Assembly: GCA_040954595.2 (NCBI GenBank)
Contig: CM082598.2
Location: 4,541,097-4,605,096 of the forward strand
Length of the DNA: 64,000 nt
Source: Balanoglossus misakiensis
Taxonomy: Eukaryota > Animalia > Hemichordata
Reading direction: 5' to 3'
Shown here: positions 1 through 37,018 of the stretch, piece after piece
How the letters are laid out: each line of letters begins with the position of its first letter
Position numbering within the stretch: the stretch's first letter is position 1
The notes under the pieces: generated by a model
Told to the model about the DNA's origin: nothing
Seen by the model: the letters and a program-made list of their open reading frames with translations, nothing else
Database searches by the model: none
Made by a program: the position numbers and the translations under genes

Positions 1-2150
1 TGACATTTAATGTCATTTAAATCATTTACATAGTTTTTGGATACGGAAATCTGTGCCAAAAATGCAATTGCAATTAATTCTTAATTGTGTCGTCTGACAG
101 ACTATATATATACATGGTTATGTTGAGAAACACCAACCATGTTGTATAAATGATATTATGTCGAGTGTGGTCTTCTGTATTGCAGTTTTCGAACTCGCGA
201 CAATTCATATAGTGATGATTTGTCATTTGGAGGACATGGTTCTCTTGGTATCATGAAATTTAAAGCAGATGGCATCATAGTGCACAATTGGGAGTACTGT
301 TATACGGTTTGGACAGGATAAGGATTTGACTGGTTTTCCATGTTTAGTGGTATGATCGTTGCAGTACTGAAATAAGAACTATGAGTTCAACATTTTCGAT
401 AGGGACGGTGGCTGTTCTTTTAAATTGCCAGTGCATGAACTGTATTTAGCTTGCCAATATAGCGTTTGTATGTACAGCAAAAACTGTTAACCAAATGGCA
501 TTAATTTTGATTCAGTTGTCATATCTTTTGTGTGAAGTTGCAAACGCTATGTTGACAATACTGGCTGTTTTTCAACACTTTACAGAGTATATAACTAGGG
601 ATTGTCCTGAAACTCTTGGATAATTGCGACTGATCTCTTAGCAACAAGTCTTTCCTTACACGTGTTTCCTCACATAGACGTACAGTCTTTGTGAGAAAGT
701 TCAAAACTCGACGTGCGATCTTCCATTTTCATGACACTGTTGGTTCCTTTAACGGGAAATGTTTGTATCTCTTAAAACACAATTTTTTCGGTCATCTCAG
801 GAAAGGATTTATCCAGCTTATTGATTCATGGTGAGTTTTTTTACATGCTATATTCTTCCACTGTTGCTTAAAGTTCTACCACCCTGCTCGAGTAAACGAA
901 GTTTCTATAAAGTCGTATTGCAAAGCAGGTACGTGTGGAGTAAAACCCATCAGACAATGGCAGATTCAGCATGCTTCAGTAATCAGAACATCGTTAAAAA
1001 TGACAAATGAAACAGAGATACTGACATTACCCCTTAAAGGAACAACGAAATGTGCAAAGGAATGGCATAGTTGCTATTTGTGATGTTTCAGTTTTACTTA
1101 AAAGTTTAACTTGAGTCGTATTCTTCGTGTTAGAAACACAAGAGATGGGTGCAAGTGGTCTACAACAGTCAGTTCATTAGCTGTAACTTCTTACTATTTT
1201 TCAGCATTTTTTACGTGTCAATTGCACTTTCAGTTAGGACTGTTGCACAGTTGTTGTCTTGGTTTAATAAGTAGAACAAGAAACTATAGTTGACAAACAA
1301 AACAAAAATGCTAAAAAACAGCCAAAGCTTACACCTAATGGGGAATTGACTGTTTTCACAAATACTGAAACTGCACAAACAAGTCTCAAGGTTATCTGGT
1401 GAAAATCAGATGTAGAGATTGGCTTGTTTGCATCATTCAAGCCTTGTATCTGTATTCGCAGTTAGCTTATCGTCATCTGCCTACAGGCAAGGACTGCGAA
1501 CAACCCTACCTCTCATTTTCAGATTAACCTTCATTGCTTGGAATGTTTGTATTGCTAAAAACGATCTTAGATATAAACGAAGTTGAGAAAAGCTACCATC
1601 CAGTAAGCCTAGTAAATTCTGGGGAAGTACTAATGTTGTATTCCACATTTTTCGGTGTTGTGTTTTTATTTATAAATTTCCAAATGTTTGGTTAGTTTCC
1701 GGACAACTGCAATGGTTCAACGACATCTATGGAAAATATCTGAAATATTTTAACTTCAAAAGGATGCTAATTCAATGTACTCGAAATTTTCCTAGATGTT
1801 TTAAAACGGAATTATGTGGTCTTGTTCAACACTATGACTACCTCAGAATTTATTACTCTTACTTTATGCAACTTTAGGATAAACGTCTTTGTGTTGTAGA
1901 ATCCAGATGACATAGTTTGGGTATGGTTAATCATACAGACAGATTTAATGTTGTTCAGAATTTATATATCATGTTTTATATGAGGTCTGCAAAAGCAGGT
2001 TGAAATGCCTAGTACCTGGACTGTCCTATCACAACTGTAAATGTGTTTTGTTATCATTTGAAAAATTAAGGACTAAATTCAGTTGTTGCTGTACACACAT
2101 GTACAGTTTGTTTTGCGTATAGTAAAGACATATGAACCAGATGTTAGTTA

Positions 2151-2356
2151 CTGTAAAACGGGTTATTTTTGCAAAAGGAAAATTTCGCGATATGAAAAGA
2201 GACAACTGTTATGCGAGGATTAATTTTCTCCTTCTCCTATTTTTACTGCATTGTTATCTCTGAAATTTTTTTTACGTGACTTTTTATTTTCACGTTATTT
2301 TGGCTCTCGCGTATTTTGTGAAAATTTAATACTCGCGAAAATAACCCGTTTTAAAG
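2151..2356. mobile_element. ~206-bp TA-flanked MITE, family D (Tc1/mariner-like termini CTGTAAAAC...GTTTTACAG)
   Basis: TA|CTGTAAAACGGGTTATTTT...AAAATAACCCGTTTTAAAG|TA terminal inverted repeats; related copies at 13217, 17556, 23927, 53559. Superfamily inferred from the TA duplication only. Confidence 0.75.
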
Positions 2357-4246
2357 TATTTTGTCCTGCTTTGGAAGTAGATCATGTTTTTGATACAAAT
2401 GAGAAATGATGGCAAAAATCTTCAAAAGTTACAGCCACTGTCCCTGTTAGTCTCTTCAGAAGTACTGTACTTTCTTCGATTTGTAGATATCTTCGATTGG
2501 CTAAGCTTCTCTGTAAAAAGTTGTTTGTCGCAGAAATTTGCATACATTTTTTTTTCAATTAATATGGAAACGTTTCAGATGTACTGAACAATACGTGTAT
2601 TTAGAGAATGTTAGAGCAATACTTTTATTTAGAGAATGTTAAGGAAAGTCGATAGTCAAGAGGGGCATATAATAATGCACCTGATTGATATAATATTAAT
2701 GTAAAAATTTCTAATATGCTGGAGTGTAACACGCATACAGTCAAATTTCGAGGGTGAAACCATTTCTCAACAATTCGGGAATTTAAGTATGTCGAACAAT
2801 ATATATGGCGAAAAGATTTTAACTCAGTGGGTCTGAGAAGAGACTTTGCTTTTTTACCTTGCACCACATTTTAAAACCCTAAACTCGATATTTCCAAATC
2901 ATGACTCTTAAATGCAAAGTGTTTTATTTGAAACATTTATCGACCATTTGAATTGTGAAGTCTAGTTGAATTTGGTTAATATATGCATAGTGGTATTTGA
3001 TAACAAGGCAAAGTCTTTCTGTTGAACGAATGACCCAAAAAATTAGTGTGAAGTCGTTTGAAATTGGGTAAAGGCATTATCTTGTTAAACTAACAGTTCA
3101 TGTTAAATTGTGTCATAGTTGAAATGAAATTCTTGTATACACCAAGTAAGAAACTGTTATTTTAACTAGGAAATGCCCTTTTTTACCAAAGTTAAGTGTA
3201 ATTGGTTTTGTTTTATACTGCAGATAGTTTCGAATGGTGACAAACGTTACAGTGTGCATACTGATGTTTTAGGATTCTGGAGAAAAATTTAGTGCAAACT
3301 ACATTTCCTATTCCTGTACTATAATCACTTCAAATTACAATAAGTAATCATCTGCCTTCTGAAGTTGTTTATATTTTCTAGGAAAATCCCACTTCTTTTG
3401 ACATCAGTAGAAGTTGTTAATTGTATGAATTAATATGATGATTATTATATTATCAAACGCGAGTACTTATATCAAGAAATTGTACATATTAAGTGATAAT
3501 TTTATCACTAAGGTGAGGAGCTTCAAATCAAAAGGTTGCAATTTTGAGAAGTTATGCAGGGAACAAAATTGAATTAATTATTCCAAAGATTTTTGATGTA
3601 CATTAGGGGAGTTTTCTCTCTATATATAAACCCAGGAAAAGGCAGTAATTTTATAGGAGTAAAAAATTCATTGTTATTTGGCTGAAAACATATGGGGAAT
3701 ATAAGTGTGTTTTATGACAAAATGTTCAATGCTAAGCATGTATTCATGTATACGTCAAAGTGTAAACATTGTAATATATTTGCCTTTCATGTATTAAATG
3801 TGACTCCAACATTGCATAATGACTGGGATTGGATTAATCAGCTGCTTGGGGGATTCAGTAACTATACTGTCTGATGTCATCAAGGTTCTTATATACCCAT
3901 TATCATACCTGGCTAAGGTTCTTATCAAAAATCGAGGTTCTTACATGATGCTGTGGATCGAATCTAAACTTTGAATATACTCTAACCATAACTTGTCAAC
4001 AAAAAACAAACGTGACCATATTTATTTATTTATTTATAAATAACAAACAAACAAACATGTCAATAACAAACATTTCTGTTTATTATGTAAATCAATAACA
4101 ACAAAACAAACAAATGGCAAAGAAGTTAACTTTGTCATCACAGTCAATATTTCTTTTAATTGTGTATTTTTGGAATCTCCTTTGTATTTCTATTGACACA
4201 ACTTCCTGACACATTTTTGCCACTTCGAAAACAACAAAACTTCACA

Positions 4247-4879
4247 TTACAATTTGCTCTTTTCGTTCATACGAATTCTCTCTAAACCTTCACACATCTT
4301 CTGCGGTAACTTCTCCACCGAATGATCGGTTTCCGTATTCACAAATGCATGGATGCAAGTTCCAATGGCACTGGCTGTTTCCTCAAACGACCCCAAGTGG
4401 GTAGAGTCTAGGTGTCCACCACATGCAGGTAATTGGTGCTCAGTGGAGTTCTTCTCAGCAAATACTGCGACTGCGTACGTCACGCTCGATTTTCCAACGC
4501 GGGATACAGCCAGACCTGCCAGCACCACATCCGGGAAACTCAATGGTTTCTTGAAAGTGCACTGCGTATGCACCATATACCCCACAACATCTGATGATCT
4601 CAGATTGATATCCAAACCGCAGTGCCTTATCAAGTACTGGTTGATGACGGTATCGAAATATGAATAGTAAACGCTGTTATTGACATGTCCGTACATGTCT
4701 GTATCTGCTACGCGCACTTGAATTGGAAGAAAATACTTGTAATAGTGACGCTGCAGTCTAGCACCATCTGCCTCTGATTCGTTACCATGGCAATGACGCA
4801 TAAACAAACAAGATGGTGCGTAATTGGTTCTTCCAGGAAGAGGCAAGCTTCTGGCTACTCGCTGGAGACTTGCTGCCAT
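4247..4879 (-). CDS. Hotdog-fold acyl-CoA thioesterase (4HBT/YbgC-like), 210 aa, intronless CDS, C-terminal PTS1 (SKL)
   Basis: Motif DTDMYGHVNNSVYYSYFD and LSFPDVVLAGLAVSRVGKSSVTY, typical of 4HBT-family thioesterases. First ATG at 4879, just after a minus-strand acceptor (polypyrimidine...GGCAG at 4885-4886). Minus-strand AATAAA near 4022. Confidence 0.85.
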   Translation of the reverse strand: MAASLQRVARSLPLPGRTNYAPSCLFMRHCHGNESEADGARLQRHYYKYFLPIQVRVADTDMYGHVNNSVYYSYFDTVINQYLIRHCGLDINLRSSDVVGYMVHTQCTFKKPLSFPDVVLAGLAVSRVGKSSVTYAVAVFAEKNSTEHQLPACGGHLDSTHLGSFEETASAIGTCIHAFVNTETDHSVEKLPQKMCEGLERIRMNEKSKL

Positions 4880-5474
4880 GGTAACTGCCAATTAAGAAAA
4901 AGAGAAGTTAAGCATTACACGTATATTAACCATAAATTGAGCAATTTATATGAAGGAAATTATATAAAATGATAATCGATTTGTTCTTTTGTTGGTATCA
5001 TTATACACTTATGTGCATATAAGTATGATTGTCCAATTGTCCTTGTACCAAGCCAGGGTGAATAAAATCGGTTCAAGCCTGCCTTGAGTAATGGCCGGCT
5101 AGGGATGAACAGTTAGACCCCAGTCTAGTCCCCTGGACTTTGCCCGGGAGACTAACAAACCAGACCCCAGATTTCAGCAATGCATAATGCAATAACAACA
5201 TATAGTGAGTGCTACTGTAGATTTCTCCAGCATTGAAAGAGATCATGAGTTTGTGATGGTGATGCCCCCCCCCCCCCGGATGCCCCACAGTCGTGTGAGG
5301 GCTGTGTTTACACGCCGATCGTTTGTGTCATAGGCGATCGCCGTGTGAACACACAACCTTCAGCACGTATGGAGTGTACTGCAGGGATTGGAGCAAGTTT
5401 AAAGTTAGTTTTAATTCTCTGTGACGAACAATCGTACACACTTTGCAGCTATATAGTATTTTGAACCCACTCAC

Positions 5475-5699
5475 CTGATCGGCAGAATGGCACTGACGAA
5501 GGGGGTGTGTCACAACTTTTATCACGTGTCTTCCATGTGACTAGGAAACCGACATTTTATTTTCATCGAATACTACACCGCCAACGGTAAAATTTTATTT
5601 TCGTTTGTCTTTCGATATGTTTTGTACTTGTGGGAGGTTTAAGGTCAAAGGTGAAAAGTCAAGTAATACACATGCGCAATCTGACATCAACAGAACAAA
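5475..5699. promoter_or_regulatory. Putative bidirectional promoter and non-coding first exon between the thioesterase and NUP205
   Basis: Minus-strand donor CAG|GTGAGT at 5475/5474 can pair with the acceptor at 4885. NUP205 ATG at 5700 sits in a YY1-like AAAATGGCGG context. Transcription starts are not directly observable. Confidence 0.5.
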
Positions 5700-30484
<24,785 letters not shown>

Positions 30485-30494
<10 letters not shown>

Positions 30495-30655
30495 GCATAC
30501 AGGACTCTAGAACTTTATTAATCATACATTGACTGAACTCTTTGCTATCACTAATCAGTGATGTAGTCGGACACAGTGAGAAACAGGACTCTAGAACTTT
30601 ATTAATCATACGCTGACTGAACCCGTTGCTATCACTAATCAGTGAGGTAGTTGGA
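30485..30655 (+). repeat. 85-bp tandem duplication spanning the NUP205 stop codon
   Basis: GACACAGTGAG..ACAGGACTCTAGAACTTTATTAATCATAC... starts at 30485 and again at 30570. Confidence 0.9.
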
Positions 30656-31282
30656 CTCGTACGGAAGGAAATTTTTACATAAAAGGATTGGAATATGAAT
30701 TTCAAAGAACTACATTGAAAATTTTTTGCATACTACATACAGCTGTTACTGGCCTGGGTCTGTTATTCTATGAAGTTTTCAGTCTATATGATTTCTTTGT
30801 CAAAATACTTGTTTCATAAATTCATAAATTTGCAAAATCTCAGCTGAACATTTTGATACACTTCAAGAAACCATTATTTTGCCATTGCTCAGTTGATGAA
30901 AATTGATCTTCTTGGTTGAAATTGCAAAAACTGGCCTGCCACTTAAGCTGACTATATATGAGAAACCAGAGATTTTATATCGAGACATTTTTTACCGACA
31001 AGATTTTGTAAACAGTTTACAATCTCAATTATGGATGTAACCTTGGCAGATGAAGAATTTTCAATACAATATGATGCAGATTTATTCACAAGTACTTTTG
31101 TTGGTGTATGGTTGTTTATATGTAAGCACTCAAGCAGGTAAAAATAATGATATTGTGTTGTTTGAGAGAATATCTCTCCCTTATAATCATAAATAAGTTG
31201 TTGTTGTTTTTAAAATAGCCTTGGACCATAGTCCTTCTACTACAGAGACTATGATTGGCCCAGGAGCTCCATTTTATAAATG

Positions 31283-32302
31283 CAAGATCCTGATTGGCTG
31301 TTTGCAGCTGGAGTGCTGGCTTACAGCATTAGCATACATATATGCAAATTGTCTCATGCAGTATTTCCTGTCAACAGATCTCTGATTGGTCAGTCTTTCC
31401 AGGCAAAATTTGTTTATCAATAGACTTGTACAAAATTATGAATAATTCCTCTTCAGAGGCGGCCATGCTTTGTATAGCTGCAGTTTTTTTTTCATGTCCA
31501 TGTTTGCTCTGAATTTCCCAGTGAAAAACTAAATTTGACCTTCCCATTTTCCACACTTGGGTTTACTATTCTCACCTGAAGATGTGACCATTTGAGGTAA
31601 GCCATGCTGTTGTTATTTCTCTGTGAACAGAACCTATGTCTGCAAGTCCAGGAGAATTTTCTAGAAACATTGCGTAATCTTTCACTGGGGGGGGGGGGGG
31701 CTTTTGTTCAAGCAAGCATGGAGAGACAGACATGCTTCTGTTGCCAATGGCTACACCCTTTGTATCATTGAACGTATCAAGCTCAAAACTTGCCTATTTA
31801 TGTATCTCTAAATTCACAAATACAACTTCTGAGGATTTCATTTCTGTTATTTTAGTGGTGTATTTTTCTACATGAAACTAATTACATGTACTTTTATTTT
31901 ATTTCAACGTAGTGGATGCAACACTTCACCAAGCCCAACTGAGTGTGACTTTTGGTATGGTGACATGAGAACTGGTCTTCAATGGAGCAGTGAATTAAGG
32001 TACGTCACTCATTTCACTTTATTCAATGGGATTCAGTCAGTCAGATGTATTGATGGCAGACAATCATGTTGACTCCCCAGATAATATTGTATTATGTTCA
32101 TTGGGGTATTTGTCCATGGTCAAATTTTCTAGGGCAATATCAAAAAATGTGTCTACATGAAACTAATTACATGCACTTTTATTTTTTAATTTTTTTCGAC
32201 ATTGTGGATGCAACACTTCAAGTTCAGCTGAAGATGAATTTTGGTATGGTGATGTGAGAAGGTGGTCTCCAATGGAGCAGTGAAGGTAATTTGCTCTATA
32301 TA
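31283..32302 (+). repeat. Left ~1-kb inverted arm
   Basis: Reverse complement of 40483-41518 with scattered substitutions and small indels; mirrored ORFs 31872/40904 and 32066/40725. Confidence 0.95.
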
Positions 32303-34910
32303 CTTTATCAGAAGCTGGTAATTCTTAATGATAGTATATTTGTCTCAAATTTAATATTCAAAATGGCCGCCAAAGTTATTGGTTAATTGCAGTGAGGGAT
32401 CTACATAGACTTCCTGAATGCTGCTAATTTTAAATGATAGTATAATTGTCTCAAATTTAATATTCAAAATGGCCACCAAATTTAGTGGTTAATTGCAGTG
32501 AGGGATCTACATAGACTTTATCAGAAGCTGGTAATTTTAAATGATAGAATAATTGTCTCAAATTTAATATTCAAAATGGCCGCCAAAGTTATTGGTTAAT
32601 TGCAGTGAGGGATCTACATAGACTTTATCAGAAGCTGGTAAATTTAAACGATAGTATAATTGTCTCAAATTTAAAGTTCAAAATGGCCGCCAAATTTAGT
32701 GGTTAATTGCAGTGAGGGATCTACATTGACTTTCTGAATGCTAGTAATTTTAAATGATAGTATAATTGTCTAAAAGTCTAAATGGCTACAAAAATATTGG
32801 ATAATTGCAGTGAGGAATCTACGTAGGATTTCTGAATGCTGGTAATTTTAAATGATAGTATAATTGTCTCAAATTTAACATTCAAAATGGTCTCCAAATT
32901 TTAGTGGTTAATTGCAGTGAGGAATCTACGTAGGATTTCTGAATGCTGCTAATTTTAAATGATAGAATAATTGTCTCAAATTTAATATTCAAAATGGCCG
33001 TCAAAGTTATTGGTTAATTGCAGTGAGGGATCTACATAGACTTTATCAGAAGCTGGTAATTTTAAATGATAGTATAATTGTCTCAAATTTAAAGTTCAAA
33101 ATGGCCGCCAAATTTAGTGGTTAATTGCAGTGAGGGATCTACATAGACTTTATCAGAAGCTGGTAATTTTAAATGATAGTATAATTGTCTCAAATTTAAA
33201 GTTCAAAATGGCCGCCAAATTTAGTGGTTAATTGCAGTGAGGGATCTACATTGACTTTCTGAATGCTAGTAATTTTAAATGATAGTATAATTGTCTAAAA
33301 TTCTAAATGGCTACCAAAAATATTGGATAATTGCAGTGAGTGATCTACATAGACTTTCTGAATACTGGTAATTTTATATGATAGTATAATTGTCTCAAAT
33401 TTAAAATTCAAAATGGCTGCAAATTTAGTGGTAAATTGTAGTGAGATTTTCTGAATGCTGGTTATTATAAATGATAGTATAATTGTTTCAAATTTAAAAT
33501 TCAAAATGGCCGCCAAATTTAGTGGTTAATTGCAGTGAGGGATCTACATAGACTTCCTGAATGCTGCTAATTTTAAATGATAGTATAATTGTCTCAAATT
33601 TAACATTCAAAATGGCCGCCAAATTTAGTGGTAAATTGCAGTGAGGGATCTACATAGACTTCCTGAATGCTGCTAATTTTAAATGATAGTATAATTGTCT
33701 CAAATTTAACATTCAAAATGGCCGCCAAATTTAGTGGTAAATTGCAGTGAGGGATGTACATAGACTTCCTGAATGCTGCTAATTTTAAATGATAGTATAA
33801 TTGTCTCAAATTTAATATTCAATATGGCCACCAAATTTAGTGGTTAATTGCAGTGAGGGATCTACATAGACTTCCTGAATGCTGCTAATTTTAAATGATA
33901 GTATAATTGTCTCAAATTTAACATTCAAAATGGCCGCCAAATTTAGTGGTTAATTGCAGTGAGGGATCTACATAGACTTTCTGAATGCTCGTAATTTTAT
34001 GATAGTATAATTCTCAAATATTGCATTCAAAATGGCCGCCAAATTTAGTGGTTAATTGCAGTGAGGGATCTACATAGACTTTCTGAATGCTGGTAATTTT
34101 ATGATAGTATAATTCTCAGATATTACATTCAAAATGGCCGCCAAATTTAGTGGTTAATTGCAGTGAGGGAACTACATAGACTTTCTGAATGCTGGTAATT
34201 TTATGATAGTATAATTCTCAGATATTGCATTCAAAATGGCCGCCAAATTTAGTGGTTAATTGCAGTGAGGGATCTACATAGACTTTCTGAATGCTGGTAA
34301 TTTTGTGATAGTATAATTCTCAGATATTGCATTCAAAGTGGCCGTCTAATTTAGTGGTTAATTGCAGTGAGGGATCTACATAGACTTTCTGAATGCTGGT
34401 AATTTTATGATAGTATAATTCTCAGATATTACATTCAAAATGGCCGCCAAATTTAGTGGTTAATTGCAGTGAGGGAACTACATAGACTTTCTGAATGCTG
34501 GTAATTTTATGATAGTATAATTCTCAGATATTGCATTCAAAATGGCCGCCAAATTTAGTGGTTAATTGCAGTGAGGGATCTACATAGACTTTCTGAATGC
34601 TGGTAATTTTGTGATAGTATAATTCTCAGATATTACATTCAAAATGGCCGCCAAATTTAGTGGTTAATTGCAGTGAGGGAACTACATAGACTTTCTGAAT
34701 GCTGGTAATTTTATGATAGTATAATTCTCAGATATTGCATTCAAAATGGCCGCCAAATTTAGTGGTTAATTGCAGTGAGGGAACTACATAGACTTTCTGA
34801 ATGCTGGTAATTTTATGATAGTATAATTCTCAGATATTGCATTCAAAATGGCCGCCAAATTTAGTGGTTAATTGCAGTGAAGGTTCTACCATAGACTTTC
34901 TGAATGCTAG
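32303..34910 (+). repeat. Left satellite array, ~102-107-bp unit, ~25 copies
   Basis: Unit ...TTCAAAATGGCCGCCAAATTTAGTGGTTAATTGCAGTGAGGGATCTACATAGAC...; AAAATGGCC at 32360, 32466, 32573; 102-bp spacing at 34029/34131. Confidence 0.95.
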
Positions 34911-34914
34911 ATTG

Positions 34915-35412
34915 AAGCCTGAAAAAATATAGAAGTATTGTTTTAATGAAAGTATAGAGTAAAGCCCAAAAATATTCTAAGTATTTTTTTTATTCAAAGT
35001 ATAGATTAAAGCCTTAAAAAATACCTAGAATATTTTCGGGCTTCACTCTATACTTTCATTTAAAAAAATACTTAGAAATATTTTCGTGCTTTACTCTATA
35101 CTTTCATTTTAAAAAATACTTAGAATATTTTCATGCTTTACTCTATACTTTCATTTTAAAAAATACTTAGAAATATTTTCGTGCTTTACTCTATACTTTC
35201 ATTTTAAAAAATACTTAGAAATATTTTCGGGTTTCACTCTATACTTTCATTTTAAAAAATACTTAGAATATTTTCGGGCTTTATTCTATACTTTCATTTT
35301 AAAAAATACTTAGAATATTTTCAGGCTTTACTCTATGCTTTGAATTGAAAACAATATTGTTGTTTTTTTAAATGAAAGTATAGAGTAAAGCCTGAAATTT
35401 TTTCTAAGTATG
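34915..35412. repeat. 47-48-bp tandem repeat with polarity switches
   Basis: CTTTACTCTATACTTTCATTTTAAAAAATACTTAGAAATATTTTCGTG ~6 times from 35041, flanked on both sides by reverse-complement copies. Confidence 0.9.
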
Positions 35413-35558
35413 TTTTACTCGTATTCACTCAAAACACAACACCAATGATCATGATTTATTTTATTTTATTTCATTTTCTATAAAATTATGACAAAACCAG
35501 AGTACTGAAATTCAACTTGTATTCACTTGTCGTTTCAGGTCTATCTTGAATGGTTGAT

Positions 35559-36072
35559 GACCAATCCAAAGAAGTGGAGTCCAGCCGGGATCTGAAAAAA
35601 ACAAGGTATAGAGGTATAGTATAGAGGGGGCATACACAAATTTCAAAAATGTTCTAAGTTTTTTTGAAATTTGTGTATGCCCCTCTATACTTGCATTTTT
35701 TAATACTTACCTTGTCTTTTCAGATCCTGGCTGGACTCCACTTCTTTCGATTGGACATTTCAATCAAAAGAAGTGGAGTCAAGCCAGGATCTGAAAAGAC
35801 AAGGTAAGTATTAAAAAATGCAAGTATAGAGGGGCATACACAAATTTCAAAAAAACTTAGAACATTTTTGAAATTTGTGTATGCCCCCTCTATACTTGCA
35901 TTTTCTAATACTTGCCTTGTCTTTTCAGATCCTGGCTGGGCTCCACTTCTTTCGATTGGTCATTTCAATCAAAAGAAGTGGAGTCCAGCCAGGATCTGAA
36001 AATACAAGGCAAGTATTAGAAAATGCAAGCATAGAGTGCATACACAAGTTTCAAACATTTTCTAAGTTTTTT
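35559..36072. repeat. Serial palindrome: ~103-bp unit in alternating orientation, ~5 units
   Basis: Symmetry centres near 35655, 35758, 35860, 35963. Confidence 0.9.
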
Positions 36073-36234
36073 GTAATAAAGTTTCAAAAAATTGTCCAAG
36101 TTTTTTAAATAAAGGGCCATCCCAAACCCCCACCCTTACCTCCCCACTGGAATTGAAAAAGGACTTATACAGTCAGGCCTTAACTCTTACTATGGTTGAG
36201 CAAAGTTTACTTTCTTGTACAAGTGCATTATGGG

Positions 36235-36448
36235 CATCCTAATCTATGCAAGATCTTTTCAAATGCAAAAATTTTATGCATATGAAACGACCTCGCATAG
36301 ATTACGAGGTCTTTTCATATGCATAAAATTTTTGCATCTTTTCAAATACAAAAATTTTATGCATATGAAAAGACCTCGTAATCTATGCGAGGTCTTTTCA
36401 TATGCATACATTTTTTGCATTTGAAAAGATCTTGCATAGATTACGATG
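36235..36448. repeat. Double hairpin nested in a larger palindrome
   Basis: GACCTC-GCATAGATTAC-GAGGTC and GACCTC-GTAATCTATGC-GAGGTC within outer arms CATCCTAATCTATGCAAGATCTTTTCAAATGC / GCATTTGAAAAGATCTTGCATAGATTACGATG. Confidence 0.9.
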
Positions 36449-37018
36449 TCCCCTTATGCACACATTCAACACACATTCTGGTCACACACACGCAATTACA
36501 TTGCTAAGTTATCCCTCACAATAATATATTAATTTTAATGTTAAGTTATTCTGCTAATCAAATTTTATTTTCGTCCTTAGGTGCAGGGAGGTTGCCATGG
36601 ACTCAGTTGTACACATGAATTAAGATTTAATGCAGTTTTGGAATCTATCAAGCCTACAATATTTCTAAGTTTTAAATCTGATGACCGACAAATTCACACA
36701 TTCAAGACTACCTATATTTCTATTATTGTCAATTCATTACATTCTGAATGTAGTTAAGTAAGCTATGACTTATGAATTAAAATTATGAATTAAAATTACA
36801 TTCGCAAGAGAGAGTTTATTTTTCTTAAGTTATCTCATGCGAGTTTAGACTCTTTACAGGAAGTCTGAAATTACGGAACTCAGTTCTGTTCTTATCTGCT
36901 ACTTAAACTGGATCTTTTAAAACTCAACTTAAAACTTTCCTTTTTATCGATTTTTACTGTCATTTTTACCTAGTCTTTTTTAAATGTGACCTATGACATT
37001 CAGGGATTAAAAAACTAG

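Noticed and set aside
1-3900. Short ORFs in the first 4 kb
   Set aside because: No recognisable domains or exon chain; AT-rich sequence consistent with intergenic DNA or the 3' UTR of a gene outside the window.
31872-32257. Mirrored short ORFs in the foldback arms
   Set aside because: The duplicated exon-like block does not keep a common frame and contains stops; no protein family recognised.
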